A stretch of DNA of 64,000 nucleotides from an uncultured Acidobacteriota bacterium (GCA_963702425.1 CAVPCQ010000006.1:128001-192000), one strand, 5' to 3'. Shown: positions 44,215 through 53,973, numbered from the stretch's first letter. The notes: a model not told the origin generated them from the sequence alone. Translations and numbers: made by a program.

Positions 44215-44742
44215 GTGAAGCAGCTGCTCCTCGCGCTCGCGCTCGTCGCTTCCGGAGCGGTTCCAGCCGACGCCCCGGCCGCGGAGGAGCGTGTCCCTGC
44301 ACAGTTGACGGTCACCGCCGTCCGGGGCGTCCCGGATCTCGAGCGCCTGCTCCTCGAACGCGAGATCCTTCGGCGGGTCGAGGCCCGCAGGTGCGGCCTG
44401 CGCCTGCCACGGCCGGACGAGACCCCGGCGTGGCGGGTCGAGGTCGCGCTGCTCTACTGGCGCGAGAGCGAGAGCCCCGGCGGCGTGCCGGTCTTCGATC
44501 CGAGCCGCGGGACCTATCTTCCCGGCCGGCGGCGGGAGATCGAGACGGTCTACACGCTGCGCGTCTACCGCAGCGAGACGCCCCCGCCGCCCGACTCTCC
44601 GGTCAAGCAGCACACACTGCGGGTCCACGCGGAGAGCAAGCCGAACATCAGCTACGAGCCGCGCGAGCAGGCCTCGCGCATGCTCCGCGAACAGCTGGGC
44701 GAGGAGGTCAGCCGCGGCGTGTGCCGCGCCGTGCGCGACTGA
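44215..44742 (+). CDS. Secreted hypothetical protein
   Basis: Signal peptide; fills the gap between the FHA gene and scpA. Confidence 0.55.
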   Translation: MKQLLLALALVASGAVPADAPAAEERVPAQLTVTAVRGVPDLERLLLEREILRRVEARRCGLRLPRPDETPAWRVEVALLYWRESESPGGVPVFDPSRGTYLPGRRREIETVYTLRVYRSETPPPPDSPVKQHTLRVHAESKPNISYEPREQASRMLREQLGEEVSRGVCRAVRD

Positions 44743-44809
44743 ACCTTGCCGCGCGCGGGCCGCGGGTGCTAGGCTCGCTGGCTTTCTCGCCCCGGAGGGT
44801 CTGCGCACG

Positions 44810-45625
44810 ATGTCCGAGTCGGGGTTCGGCGACGAGTTCCTCGCCAACGGCGAGCCGCCGCCCGTGGTCAACACGGGGCGGGCACCCCTCACCCTGACGC
44901 TGCCGCAGTTCGAGGGGCCGCTCGACCTGCTCCTGCACCTCGTCCGTTCGAACGACATGGAGATCCTCGACATCGCGATCGTCGAGATCGCGCGGCAGTA
45001 CAACTTCTACCTCGACCAGATGCGGGAGCTCGACCTCGAGATCGCCTCCGAGTACCTGCTCATGGCCGCGACGCTCGCGCACATCAAGTCGCGCATGATG
45101 CTCCCGCCCGATCCGAGCGACGAGATCGAGGATCCGCGGGCCGAACTGGTTCGCCAGCTCCTCGACTACGAGCGCTACCGCAAGGCAGCCGAGGGGCTCG
45201 CAGCGCTCGAGAGCGGCCGGGACCTCGTCTTCTCGCGCCCCGGCCCGGCGCCTGCGGACCTGGCCGGCTACGAGACGATCAAGGCCGATCTCGGGGACCT
45301 GGTCAAGGCTTTCGAGCGCGTGCTCCGGCACCTCGAGATCGAGGAGCGGGTCGAGGTCATCCGGCGCGAAGACGTCAAGATCCAGGACATGATGCAGCGT
45401 CTGCTCGACGCGGTGGAGTCCGGCCGGTCGCTGTCGTTCCGCGAACTGCTGCTGGCCTGCCGCACGCGCCTCGAACGCGTGGTCCTCTTTCTCGCGCTGC
45501 TCGAGCTGATCCGCCTCGGGGCGATCGATGCCTGGCAGAGTGCGGCGCGGGAAGACATCACGCTCGAAGGGCGGGCGGGCGTTGCCATCGATCTGGCAGC
45601 GGAGGAGTCCGAGAGTGAGCACTGA
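44810..45625 (+). CDS. scpA: Segregation and condensation protein A
   Basis: FEGPLDLLLHL, EYLLMAATL..IKSRMMLP, EDPRAELV, FLALLEL. Confidence 0.95.
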   Translation: MSESGFGDEFLANGEPPPVVNTGRAPLTLTLPQFEGPLDLLLHLVRSNDMEILDIAIVEIARQYNFYLDQMRELDLEIASEYLLMAATLAHIKSRMMLPPDPSDEIEDPRAELVRQLLDYERYRKAAEGLAALESGRDLVFSRPGPAPADLAGYETIKADLGDLVKAFERVLRHLEIEERVEVIRREDVKIQDMMQRLLDAVESGRSLSFRELLLACRTRLERVVLFLALLELIRLGAIDAWQSAAREDITLEGRAGVAIDLAAEESESEH

Positions 45626-46334
45626 TCGCGCGACCCCGGGGTCGGAGTCAGAGCCCGAGCAGGAGGCCGAGGGCCTCCGCGTCCTGGCCGTGCTGGAAGC
45701 GATGCTCTTCGCCTCGCCGGAGCCGCTCAGCCCCGAGGAGATCCAGGCCGGTCTGCCGCAGATGCCGCGCGAGGAGATCGAACGCGGACTGGACGCCCTG
45801 GCGCGCGCGCTGGGGCACCCGGACCGCGGATTCCGGCTGGAACGCGTGGCGGGCGGCTTCCGGCTCGTGACCCGGCCCGACCTGGCGGAGCCGCTGCGGG
45901 CGCTCTTTCGCTTCCGCAACCAGCGCCGGCTCACTCCGGCTTCGCTCGACGTGCTGGCGATCATCGCCTACGCCCAGCCGATCACCGCTCCCGAGATCCA
46001 GGACATCCGCGGGACCGACCCGGCCCACTCGGTGCGGGTGCTGCTCGACCGCAAGTTGATCCGGATCGTCGGCCGCAAACGGGTGGTCGGTCGCCCGATC
46101 CTGTACGGCACGACGCGCGAGTTCCTGATCCACTTCGGGCTCGACAGCCTGGAGGACCTCCCGCCGGTCGAGGGGTATGGAACGCGCGTCGTCCCCGCGC
46201 AGGGTCGGCTCTTCCCGGTCACCGCGTTTCCGGCCGACGAGTTCGACCCCGAAGTGGGCCCGGAGATCGAGTTGTTCGAGGGGGAAGGGAACGGGTCGAG
46301 CGGTGCCGGAGAGGCCGCTCGGGGAGACGCCTGA
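45615..46334 (+). CDS. scpB: SMC-Scp complex subunit ScpB
   Basis: LEAMLF, LAIIAY.QPIT..EI..IRG, GRPILYGTT.EFL.HFGL.SL.DLP. Confidence 0.95.
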   Translation: MSTDRATPGSESEPEQEAEGLRVLAVLEAMLFASPEPLSPEEIQAGLPQMPREEIERGLDALARALGHPDRGFRLERVAGGFRLVTRPDLAEPLRALFRFRNQRRLTPASLDVLAIIAYAQPITAPEIQDIRGTDPAHSVRVLLDRKLIRIVGRKRVVGRPILYGTTREFLIHFGLDSLEDLPPVEGYGTRVVPAQGRLFPVTAFPADEFDPEVGPEIELFEGEGNGSSGAGEAARGDA

Positions 46335-46335
46335 G

Positions 46336-47196
46336 ATGCCGGAAGAGCGGTTGCAGAAGATCCTCGCCCGCGCCGGCATCGCGTCGCGGCGCGCGGCCGA
46401 GCAGTTGATGCGCGAGGGGCGGGTAACGGTCAACGGAAGCGTGGCCGACCGCCTCGGAATGCACGCCGACCCCGAGCGTGACCACATCAAGGTCGACGGA
46501 CGACGGCTGCGCCCGGCCAGTCCGGTGCGGCACTATCTCCTGGCGTTCAAGCCGCGCGAGATGATCACCTCGCTGTCCGATCCGGAGGGGCGCACCACGG
46601 TGGCCGATCTGCTCTCCGCCCACCGCGTGCGGGCCCGGGTCTTCCCGGTCGGGCGGCTCGACTGGGACGCCGATGGCCTGCTCCTCCTGACCGACGACGG
46701 CGACCTCGCCCACCGCGTGATGCATCCGCGGAGCCACCTGGCGAAGAGCTACCGCGTCAAAGTCCGGGGCCTGCCGGACGACCGGGCGATGGACCGAGTC
46801 CGGCGCGGGGTCGTCATCGACCGCGGGATCCGGACCCTGCCCGCCGAGGTCGCGATCGAGGAGGAGGGGGAGAACGCGAGCTGGCTCAAGGTGGTCCTGA
46901 CCGAAGGGCGCCAGAACCAGATCAAGCTGATGTTCGCCCGGGTCGGCCACCCGGTGCAGCGGATCCGGCGGACGGCGATCGGACCGCTCCGCCTCGGCCG
47001 GATGAAGGTCGGGGAGTTGCGCCAGCTCGCACCGGGCGAGTTGGACGCCCTGCGGCGCGCCCTCGACGCGGCGGAATCCCGGCCGGCCGGGGGCCGGGGG
47101 AGGGGCGCCGAGCCCCCCCGACCGGTTCGGGCCCCGGCCGGGCCCCGAACCGGGCCGGCCCGCGGGCGGCGAAGCGCCGGAAAAAGAACCACTTGA
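46336..47196 (+). CDS. rluB: RluB-like rRNA pseudouridine synthase
   Basis: ERLQKILA.AG.ASRR, PVGRLD.D..GLLLLTDDG, EGRQNQI. Confidence 0.88.
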   Translation: MPEERLQKILARAGIASRRAAEQLMREGRVTVNGSVADRLGMHADPERDHIKVDGRRLRPASPVRHYLLAFKPREMITSLSDPEGRTTVADLLSAHRVRARVFPVGRLDWDADGLLLLTDDGDLAHRVMHPRSHLAKSYRVKVRGLPDDRAMDRVRRGVVIDRGIRTLPAEVAIEEEGENASWLKVVLTEGRQNQIKLMFARVGHPVQRIRRTAIGPLRLGRMKVGELRQLAPGELDALRRALDAAESRPAGGRGRGAEPPRPVRAPAGPRTGPARGRRSAGKRTT

Positions 47197-47221
47197 CCGG
47201 CCTGCAGAGCACTCCTAACAT
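47193..47221 (+). promoter_or_regulatory. Sigma-70 promoter of rpsA
   Basis: TTGACC-17 nt-TAACAT. Confidence 0.6.
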
Positions 47222-47349
47222 GCGCGGTTCGCGGGTGTGCCATGGAATCGCTCGCTGAAGCCTCGACGAGGTGATGGGGGGGTGCGCCCCCCCGGACGGG
47301 TGGTCCGGCCAATCCAAGACCCGCAGTAGTTCGGAGGTAGCGCCTAGTC

Positions 47350-49152
47350 ATGGAGATCCAGACCGGTTCAGCGCAGCAGCAGCCAGTCAGTGTGCCCGAC
47401 GCGGAGCTCGACTTCGCCGCACTCCTCGACGCCTACAGCCCCTCGGCCGAGGTCCGCGAGGGAGCCGTCGTTCACGGCCGCATCGTCAAGGTGCTGGCCG
47501 AGATCGTCCTGATCGACATCGGCTACAAGAAGGAAGGCTCGATCGCGAAGAGCGAGTTCGTCGCAGCCGATGAGGCCGCGAAGCTCTTCGTCGGGAACAC
47601 CATCGAGGCGGTCATCGAGTCGCTCGACGAGGCGGACGACTACATCCATCTGTCGAAGGACAAGGCCGAACGCCTGAAGGTCTGGGAGAAGATCGAGAAC
47701 GCGTATCGCACGGGCGAGACCGTCGTCGGCCGGGTGATGGACCGCATCAAGGGCGGCCTTTCGATCGATATCGGCGTCCGCGCGTTCCTGCCTGGCTCGC
47801 TGGTCGACGTCCGGCCGGCCCGCAACCTCGAGAGCTACAAGGACCAGGATGTCCGGGTCCGCGTGATCAAGATGAACCGCCGGCGCGGCAACATCGTGGT
47901 CTCGCGCAAGCACGTGCTCGAGGAGGAGAACGCCGAGAAGAAGAAGGTCACGCTCGAGACAATCGAGGAAGGCCAGCGGATCCGCGGCACGGTGAAGAAC
48001 ATCACCGAGTACGGGGCATTCGTCGATCTCGGCGGAATCGACGGCCTGCTGCACGTGACCGACATGTCGTACCGCCGGGTGAATCACCCCTCCGAGGTGG
48101 TCAACATCGGCGACGAGGTCGACGTCACGGTGCTCAAGTTCGACCGCGACAAGGAGCGCGTCAGCCTCGGCATGAAGCAGCTCCAGACCGATCCGTGGGA
48201 GAACGCGGCCGAGAAGTACCCGATCCTCTCGCGCGTGCGCGGCAAGGTCGTCAGCCTCACCGACTACGGCGCCTTCGTCGAGCTGGAGGAGGGGATCGAG
48301 GGGCTGATCCACGTTTCCGAGATGTCCTGGACCAAGCGGATCAAGCACCCGTCGAAGATGCTCAACCCCGCCGACATGATCGAAGCCGTGGTACTCGAGG
48401 TCGACGAGGAGAACCGCCGGCTCTCCCTGGGCCTGAAGCAGACGACCCCGAACCCGTGGTCGGTGATCCAGGAGAAGTACCGCGTCGGCGACATCATCAA
48501 GGGCGTGGTCCGCAACATTGCTGACTTCGGCGCATTCATCGAGGTCGAGGAAGGGGTGGACGGCCTGGTCCACATCTCCGACCTGACCTGGAACCGCCGC
48601 GTCAAGCACCCGGCGGAGATCCTGAAGAAGGGACAGGAAGTCGAGGCCAAGATCCTGAAGATCGACACCGAGAACCAGCGGCTGTCGCTCTCGGTCAAGG
48701 ACCTGATGCCGGACGTCTGGCAGGAGTTCTCGCGCCGCTACCGCGTGGGCGACATCCTCGAGGGCAAGATCGTGCGGCTCGCCGACTTCGGCGCATTCGT
48801 CGAGCTGTCGGAGGGGGTCGAGGGCCTGGTCCACATCTCAGAGATGGCTCACGAACGGCTCGAGAAGCCCGGAGACAAGTTCCAGCCGGGGCAGTCGGTG
48901 CGGGTCAAGATCCTGCGCGTCGACCCTGAGGAGCGGAAGATCGGCCTCTCGGTCAAGGCGGCCCAGGACGAACTCGGCTCGGGCGACCTCAAACAGTACC
49001 AGAGCGCTCGCCAGGAAGAGGCGTCGCGCTCCTCGATCACGCTCGGCGACGTGGCCGGCGACCTGTCCGCGCTGCGCGAGCGCGCGGCCCAGCGCCAGGC
49101 CGACGGCGAGCCGGCAGGCGAGCCGGGCGACGAGAAGGGCTCGGAGGGCTGA
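47350..49152 (+). CDS. rpsA: 30S ribosomal protein S1
   Basis: Six S1 repeats (YGAFVDLGGIDGLLH, YGAFVELEEGIEGLIH and similar). Confidence 0.97.
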   Translation: MEIQTGSAQQQPVSVPDAELDFAALLDAYSPSAEVREGAVVHGRIVKVLAEIVLIDIGYKKEGSIAKSEFVAADEAAKLFVGNTIEAVIESLDEADDYIHLSKDKAERLKVWEKIENAYRTGETVVGRVMDRIKGGLSIDIGVRAFLPGSLVDVRPARNLESYKDQDVRVRVIKMNRRRGNIVVSRKHVLEEENAEKKKVTLETIEEGQRIRGTVKNITEYGAFVDLGGIDGLLHVTDMSYRRVNHPSEVVNIGDEVDVTVLKFDRDKERVSLGMKQLQTDPWENAAEKYPILSRVRGKVVSLTDYGAFVELEEGIEGLIHVSEMSWTKRIKHPSKMLNPADMIEAVVLEVDEENRRLSLGLKQTTPNPWSVIQEKYRVGDIIKGVVRNIADFGAFIEVEEGVDGLVHISDLTWNRRVKHPAEILKKGQEVEAKILKIDTENQRLSLSVKDLMPDVWQEFSRRYRVGDILEGKIVRLADFGAFVELSEGVEGLVHISEMAHERLEKPGDKFQPGQSVRVKILRVDPEERKIGLSVKAAQDELGSGDLKQYQSARQEEASRSSITLGDVAGDLSALRERAAQRQADGEPAGEPGDEKGSEG

Positions 49153-49544
49153 TGACCCGGGCCGAGCTCGTCGAGAGGCTGGCGGAGTCCGTCAACCGCT
49201 GGATGCTCGAGGAGAAGCAGCGCCGGGAAGGCATGGCCGGAGAGGCGAACGAGCTCGGACCGCGCGAGAAATTCACCCAGTCCGAGGCCGAGGTCGTGGT
49301 CAACACGGTGGTGGAGTCGATCATCGAAGCCCTGCGGCGTAGCGAGAAGATCGAGCTGCGGGGCTTCGGCTCCTTCCGCCTGCGAACGCGACGCCCGCGG
49401 CAGGGCCGGAACCCGAAGACGGGCACGAAGGTCGAGGTACCCGGGAAATCCGTGCCCTACTTCAAGCCGGGCAAGGAACTCCGCGAGCTGCTCAACCCGG
49501 CGGGCGCGGCGAACGGGCCGGACGACGAACCAGCCCGGGATTGA
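49152..49544 (+). CDS. ihfB: Integration host factor beta-like protein
   Basis: MTRAELV, KIELRGFGSF, GRNPKTG, PYFKPGKEL; located after rpsA. Confidence 0.88.
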   Translation: MTRAELVERLAESVNRWMLEEKQRREGMAGEANELGPREKFTQSEAEVVVNTVVESIIEALRRSEKIELRGFGSFRLRTRRPRQGRNPKTGTKVEVPGKSVPYFKPGKELRELLNPAGAANGPDDEPARD

Positions 49545-49545
49545 C

Positions 49546-50076
49546 GTGGACCACGTCTTCGCGCCCTGGCGCCGCGCGTGGGTCACGTCGGCCGCCGCGA
49601 CCGCGGTCGGAACGCCGATGCCGTGCCTTTTTTGCCGGGTCTGGGACGAGTCCGAGCGAGACGAGGAGAACCTCGTCGTCACGCGCGGCGAGCGGTGCCT
49701 CGTCATGCTCAACCGCTACCCCTACACCGGCGGCCACCTGCTCGTCGCGCCCCGCGAGCACGCGGCGTCGGTTTCGGCACTCGATCCCGACACCCTGGCG
49801 GAACTGATGCAGGCTTCCGCGCGCGCTGTGGCGGTGCTGGAGCGGGTGTTCGGCGCGCACGGGTTCAACCTCGGGATCAACCAGGGCCGCCCGGCCGGCG
49901 CGGGGATTCCCGACCACATCCACCTGCACGTGGTGCCCCGCTGGTCCGGCGATACGAACTTCATGACCACCGTCGGCGAGACGCGCGTCGTCTCCGAGGA
50001 CCTCGCGACGGCACGACGGGCGATCCGCGACGGATTCGATACCCTCGCGTCGCGTGCCGGAGACGGCCCTCGATGA
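49546..50076 (+). CDS. HIT domain hydrolase
   Basis: APWR, CLFC, LNRYPY..GH, HIHLHVVPRW.GD.NF. Confidence 0.92.
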   Translation: MDHVFAPWRRAWVTSAAATAVGTPMPCLFCRVWDESERDEENLVVTRGERCLVMLNRYPYTGGHLLVAPREHAASVSALDPDTLAELMQASARAVAVLERVFGAHGFNLGINQGRPAGAGIPDHIHLHVVPRWSGDTNFMTTVGETRVVSEDLATARRAIRDGFDTLASRAGDGPR

Positions 50077-51422
50077 GTCGTCTCTATTGGATCGAGACCT
50101 GGGGCTGCCAGATGAACGAGCACGACTCGGAGAAGCTCGCCGGGACCCTCGAGGGGCTCGGGTACGAGCCGGCTCCCAGCCTCGGCGCCTCGGACATCGT
50201 GCTCCTGAACACCTGCGCGATCCGCGAGAAGGCGGAAGAAAAGGTCTACAACCTGCTGGGGCAGCTCGCGCCGCTCAAGGCGAAGCGCCCCGGAATGGTC
50301 GTCGGGGTCTGCGGCTGCGTGGCCCAGATGACGGGGGAGGGGGTCCGCGAGCGCGCACCGCTCGTCGATCTCGTCTTCGGCCCGCGCGCCGCAAGCCGGC
50401 TTCCGGAACTGCTCGCGCGCCTCGAGGAAGAGAAGGGCGTCGTCGACACGACGCTCTACCAGGACAGTCTCGTCGAGGCGGCCAGGGCGGTGCGCGAGAC
50501 CCAGCGCGCCAAGGCCTGGGTCACCGTGATGGAGGGCTGCAACAAGACCTGCACCTACTGCGTGGTCCCGGCGACGCGGGGTCGTGAAACCAGCCGACGC
50601 CTCGCGGAACTGCTTGCCGAGGCCCGCGAACTGGCGGGGGCCGGATTCCTCGAAGTCGAGTTTCTCGGCCAGAACGTGAACGCTTACCGTTGCCCGGAGA
50701 CGAAGGCGGGACTTTCCGACCTGCTTCGCGCTGCGGGTCGCGTACCGGGGCTGCGGCGCCTGCGGTTCACGACCTCGCACCCGCTTCATCTGCGGAGCGA
50801 CATCATCCGCGCGATGGCGGAGGTCCCGGGCGTCTGCGATCACCTGCACCTGCCGGTCCAGAGCGGATCGTCGCGGGTCCTGCTCGCGATGCGCCGCGGC
50901 TACGACCGCGAGAAGTACCTCGCCAAGGTCGACGAATTGCGGCGCGAGGTCCCCGGGATCTCGCTCTCCACCGACGTGATCGTCGGCTTCCCCGGCGAAA
51001 CGGAAGACGACTTTCAGGAGACGCTGACCCTCGTCCGCGAGGTGCGGTTCGACCAGATGTTCTCGTTCGTCTTTTCCGCGCGTCCGGGAACGGTGGCCGG
51101 ATTGCTCGCCGATCGAACGCCCGGCGAGCGCAAGATCGAGCGCCTGATGGAGCTCCAGGCCCTGCAGAAAGCGATCCAGCTGGAGTCCAACGCGCGGTTC
51201 GTCGGCCGCGTCGAGGAGGTCCTGGTCGAGTCCCCAAGCCGTCGCGCCGCCCACGAGTGGGCCGGGCGCACGACGAGCAATCGCGTGGTCAACTTCGACG
51301 CACCGGGTGCCCGACCCGGGGAGTTCGTGCGAGTCCGGATCACGGCCTCGGGGGCCAACAGCCTGCGCGGCGTTCCGCTCGACGGCGCTGCCGAAGGGCC
51401 CTCGGTGGCCCTCGTGGGGTAG
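50073..51422 (+). CDS. miaB: tRNA methylthiotransferase MiaB
   Basis: TWGCQMN, NTCAIRE.AE, GCNKTCTYCVVP, HLPVQSGS, TDVIVGFPGET, TRAM domain. Confidence 0.95.
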   Translation: MSRLYWIETWGCQMNEHDSEKLAGTLEGLGYEPAPSLGASDIVLLNTCAIREKAEEKVYNLLGQLAPLKAKRPGMVVGVCGCVAQMTGEGVRERAPLVDLVFGPRAASRLPELLARLEEEKGVVDTTLYQDSLVEAARAVRETQRAKAWVTVMEGCNKTCTYCVVPATRGRETSRRLAELLAEARELAGAGFLEVEFLGQNVNAYRCPETKAGLSDLLRAAGRVPGLRRLRFTTSHPLHLRSDIIRAMAEVPGVCDHLHLPVQSGSSRVLLAMRRGYDREKYLAKVDELRREVPGISLSTDVIVGFPGETEDDFQETLTLVREVRFDQMFSFVFSARPGTVAGLLADRTPGERKIERLMELQALQKAIQLESNARFVGRVEEVLVESPSRRAAHEWAGRTTSNRVVNFDAPGARPGEFVRVRITASGANSLRGVPLDGAAEGPSVALVG

Positions 51423-51448
51423 CCTCCCGGCCGTTCGAGGCCGTTGTC

Positions 51449-51477
51449 TTGACTTGACTTCGGGCGGTCAGTATTGT
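51449..51477 (+). promoter_or_regulatory. Sigma-70-like promoter
   Basis: TTGACT-17 nt-TATTGT. Confidence 0.5.
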
Positions 51478-51524
51478 CGCACTTGGGTCGACGGAACGGA
51501 TCGTTCCTCGGGAGGCGGTGCGCC

Positions 51525-52010
51525 ATGCCGGTCGAAATGCGGATCCAGGGCCTCATGCTCGACCCCATCACGCAGGGTCCGCTCATCGTGCTGCGCGACC
51601 CCCGGACGGATGCCAAGCTCCCGATCTGGGTCGGCGCGTTCGAGGCCAACGCGATCGCCACCGAGATGGAGCGGATTCGCATGCCGCGGCCGTCGACGCA
51701 CGATCTCCTGCGCGACGTGATCCAGGAACTCGGTGCGCGGCTGACGAAGGTGGTCGTCACGGACCTGCAGGACAACGTGTTCTTCGCGAGCCTCTTCCTC
51801 GAGACCGCGACAGGGCCGAAGCAGATCGATGCGCGTCCCTCCGACGCGATCGCGCTCGCGCTGCGTTGGGACGCTCCGATCTTCGCGACGCCGGAAGTCA
51901 TCCAGGCGGCCCAGGACATCGACCTCACGCAGGGGTACAAGGACACCGAGCGCTTCCGGCAGTGGCTCGAGAGCCTGGACGAAAGCGACCTCGGCAAGTA
52001 TGAGATCTAG
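51525..52010 (+). CDS. Bifunctional nuclease (DUF151) family protein
   Basis: LPIWVG.FEA.AIA, RP.THDL, IDARPSDAIALALR. Confidence 0.92.
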   Translation: MPVEMRIQGLMLDPITQGPLIVLRDPRTDAKLPIWVGAFEANAIATEMERIRMPRPSTHDLLRDVIQELGARLTKVVVTDLQDNVFFASLFLETATGPKQIDARPSDAIALALRWDAPIFATPEVIQAAQDIDLTQGYKDTERFRQWLESLDESDLGKYEI

Positions 52011-52049
52011 GCGTCTGCCTGCTTCGTCGCGCGTCTCGCTGCACTGTCG

Positions 52050-52078
52050 TTGATTCGCCCCCTCAACTCGCCTACGAT
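52050..52078 (+). promoter_or_regulatory. Sigma-70-like promoter of parAB
   Basis: TTGATT-17 nt-TACGAT, followed by an AT-richer leader. Confidence 0.5.
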
Positions 52079-52205
52079 AGCCGCAACGCGGGGCTGTTTC
52101 GCTTTTTATTCGCTTCGGGGCTCCTTGAGAACAACATGACCGCGTTCAACTTCTCCGGTTACGCCCGTTCCGGGCCGACCGGATCACCTCCATGGGTGCC
52201 GCGGA

Positions 52206-52961
52206 ATGATCATCGCGATCACGAACCAGAAAGGCGGTGTCGGGAAGACGACCACCGCAATCAACCTCGCCGCCGCACTCGCTCAGAAGGGCTCGAGCAC
52301 GCTCCTGATCGACCTCGATCCGCAGGGCAACGCGACGCTTTCCTTCATTGATCTGAGCGCGATCGGGCGGTCGATGTACGAGGTCTTCGTCGATCCGGCG
52401 CTCGCCCTTCTGGACGTCGTCGTCCCAGCGCAGCAAGCGAATCTCTCGGTCGCCCCGGCGAGACTGTCCCTGGCGAAGGTCGAGCCGTCCCTGGCCGGGC
52501 AGCTCGATGCGCATTTCCGGCTGAAGGACAAGATCGGCCCGGCCCAGGCCGCCTACGATTTCATCGTCATCGATACGCCTCCGACACTCGGCATGCTGAC
52601 GGTCAACGCGATGATCGCGGCGACCCACCTTCTGGTCCCGATTCAGCCCTCCTACTTCGCGCTGGAAGGGACCGACGACCTGGTCGAGACGTACGAGCGG
52701 ATCCGGGTCCGAGCCAACCCCGACCTGCAGTTCCTGGGAGTCGTGCTGACGATGTACGACCGGCGTACGATCCTGGCGCGCGACATCGAGCGGCAGATCG
52801 GCGAGGTCTTCAAAGAGAAGTTGTTCCAGACCCGCATCAGCAAGAGCGTCCGGCTCGAGGAATCACCCGCCTACAAGGAGTCGATTTTCACGTTCGCGCC
52901 CTCGTCGAAGGGAGCGGAGGAGTACTATCGGCTTTCCGAGGAGGTACTGAAGCGTGGCTAA
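52206..52961 (+). CDS. parA: ParA/Soj family Walker-A ATPase
   Basis: NQKGGVGKTTT, IDLDPQGNAT, IDTPP.LG, VRLEESP. Confidence 0.93.
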   Translation: MIIAITNQKGGVGKTTTAINLAAALAQKGSSTLLIDLDPQGNATLSFIDLSAIGRSMYEVFVDPALALLDVVVPAQQANLSVAPARLSLAKVEPSLAGQLDAHFRLKDKIGPAQAAYDFIVIDTPPTLGMLTVNAMIAATHLLVPIQPSYFALEGTDDLVETYERIRVRANPDLQFLGVVLTMYDRRTILARDIERQIGEVFKEKLFQTRISKSVRLEESPAYKESIFTFAPSSKGAEEYYRLSEEVLKRG

Positions 52962-53916
52962 GGGAAGGGGACTGCCTCCCGACGTAAGAACCCGGGCGGA
53001 CGCGCACTACGTGGACGCGATCACGTCCGGGCGGATGGGCTCGGTCGGGCGAATGATCGACATCGAGCGCCTGGTGCCAAACCCGACCCAGCCTCGCAAG
53101 AGCCTGCGGGACATCGATGCGCTCGCCGAGTCGGTCCGGGAGCGTGGAATCCTCGAGCCGATCCTGGTCCGTCCTACGGAGGACGGCCGTTTCCAGATCA
53201 TCGCCGGCGAGCGGCGGTTTCATGCAGCCAAGCAGGTCGGCTTGACGATGGTGCCGTGCGTGGAGCTCGACGTCGACGAGCGGGGCTGCCTCGAGATCAG
53301 CCTGATTGAGAACCTCCAGCGGCGGGACCTGACGCCGTTCGAAGAAGCCGAGGCGATCGCGAGGCTCGTTGAGGACTTCCAGTACACACACGAGCAGATC
53401 GCCCGGAAGCTGGGGCGATCGCGCAGTTCGGTGACCGAGCTGCTGAGCCTCAACCGGATGCCCGAGTCGGTGAAAGAAGCATGTCGGCGCGCCGACATCA
53501 TGACGCGGACCGTCCTGATGGAGATCGTTCGCCAGGAGTCTGAGGAGGACATGCTGGCACTGGTGGACGCGGTCTTGTCCGGGAGCTTGACCCGGGATGA
53601 AGTGCGGGAGCTGAAGCGGAACCCGGGGGCCAGCGCGCCAGCCCGAGACGATGCGCGCGGACGTCCCTATGTGTTCCGCTACCGCCCGCCGAACCGCGAC
53701 TTTCAGTTGAGCCTCCGGTTTGAGCGCGAGGTCGTCGAGCCGAGGGAGCTGCTCGATATCCTGGAGCAGATCGTTTCTGACCTGAAGTCCCAGGTCGCCG
53801 ACGAGCGGCCCAGGGTCTCGACACCGCGTCCGGCCAGCATTTCCAACGAAGACGCGGGCGGGGCTGCGGCGAGCGGGAGAGGTCGCGTGTCGGTCGGTCC
53901 CGAGACCTCCCACTAG
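52954..53916 (+). CDS. parB: ParB/Spo0J family protein with an atypical DNA-binding region
   Basis: PNPTQPRK, GILEPILVR, IIAGERRF, ENLQRRDL, HTH THEQIARKLGRSRSSVTE. Confidence 0.92.
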   Translation: MAKGRGLPPDVRTRADAHYVDAITSGRMGSVGRMIDIERLVPNPTQPRKSLRDIDALAESVRERGILEPILVRPTEDGRFQIIAGERRFHAAKQVGLTMVPCVELDVDERGCLEISLIENLQRRDLTPFEEAEAIARLVEDFQYTHEQIARKLGRSRSSVTELLSLNRMPESVKEACRRADIMTRTVLMEIVRQESEEDMLALVDAVLSGSLTRDEVRELKRNPGASAPARDDARGRPYVFRYRPPNRDFQLSLRFEREVVEPRELLDILEQIVSDLKSQVADERPRVSTPRPASISNEDAGGAAASGRGRVSVGPETSH

Positions 53917-53925
53917 GATCGGTTC

Positions 53926-53960
53926 AGAAGGAGGGACGAAGCGTCGTCACCCTTCTCTTT
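53926..53960 (+). terminator. Putative intrinsic terminator of parAB
   Basis: Imperfect stem AGAAGGAGGGACGA/TCGTCACCCTTCT followed by CTTT. Confidence 0.5.
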
Positions 53961-53973
53961 GCTGGCTTTCATT

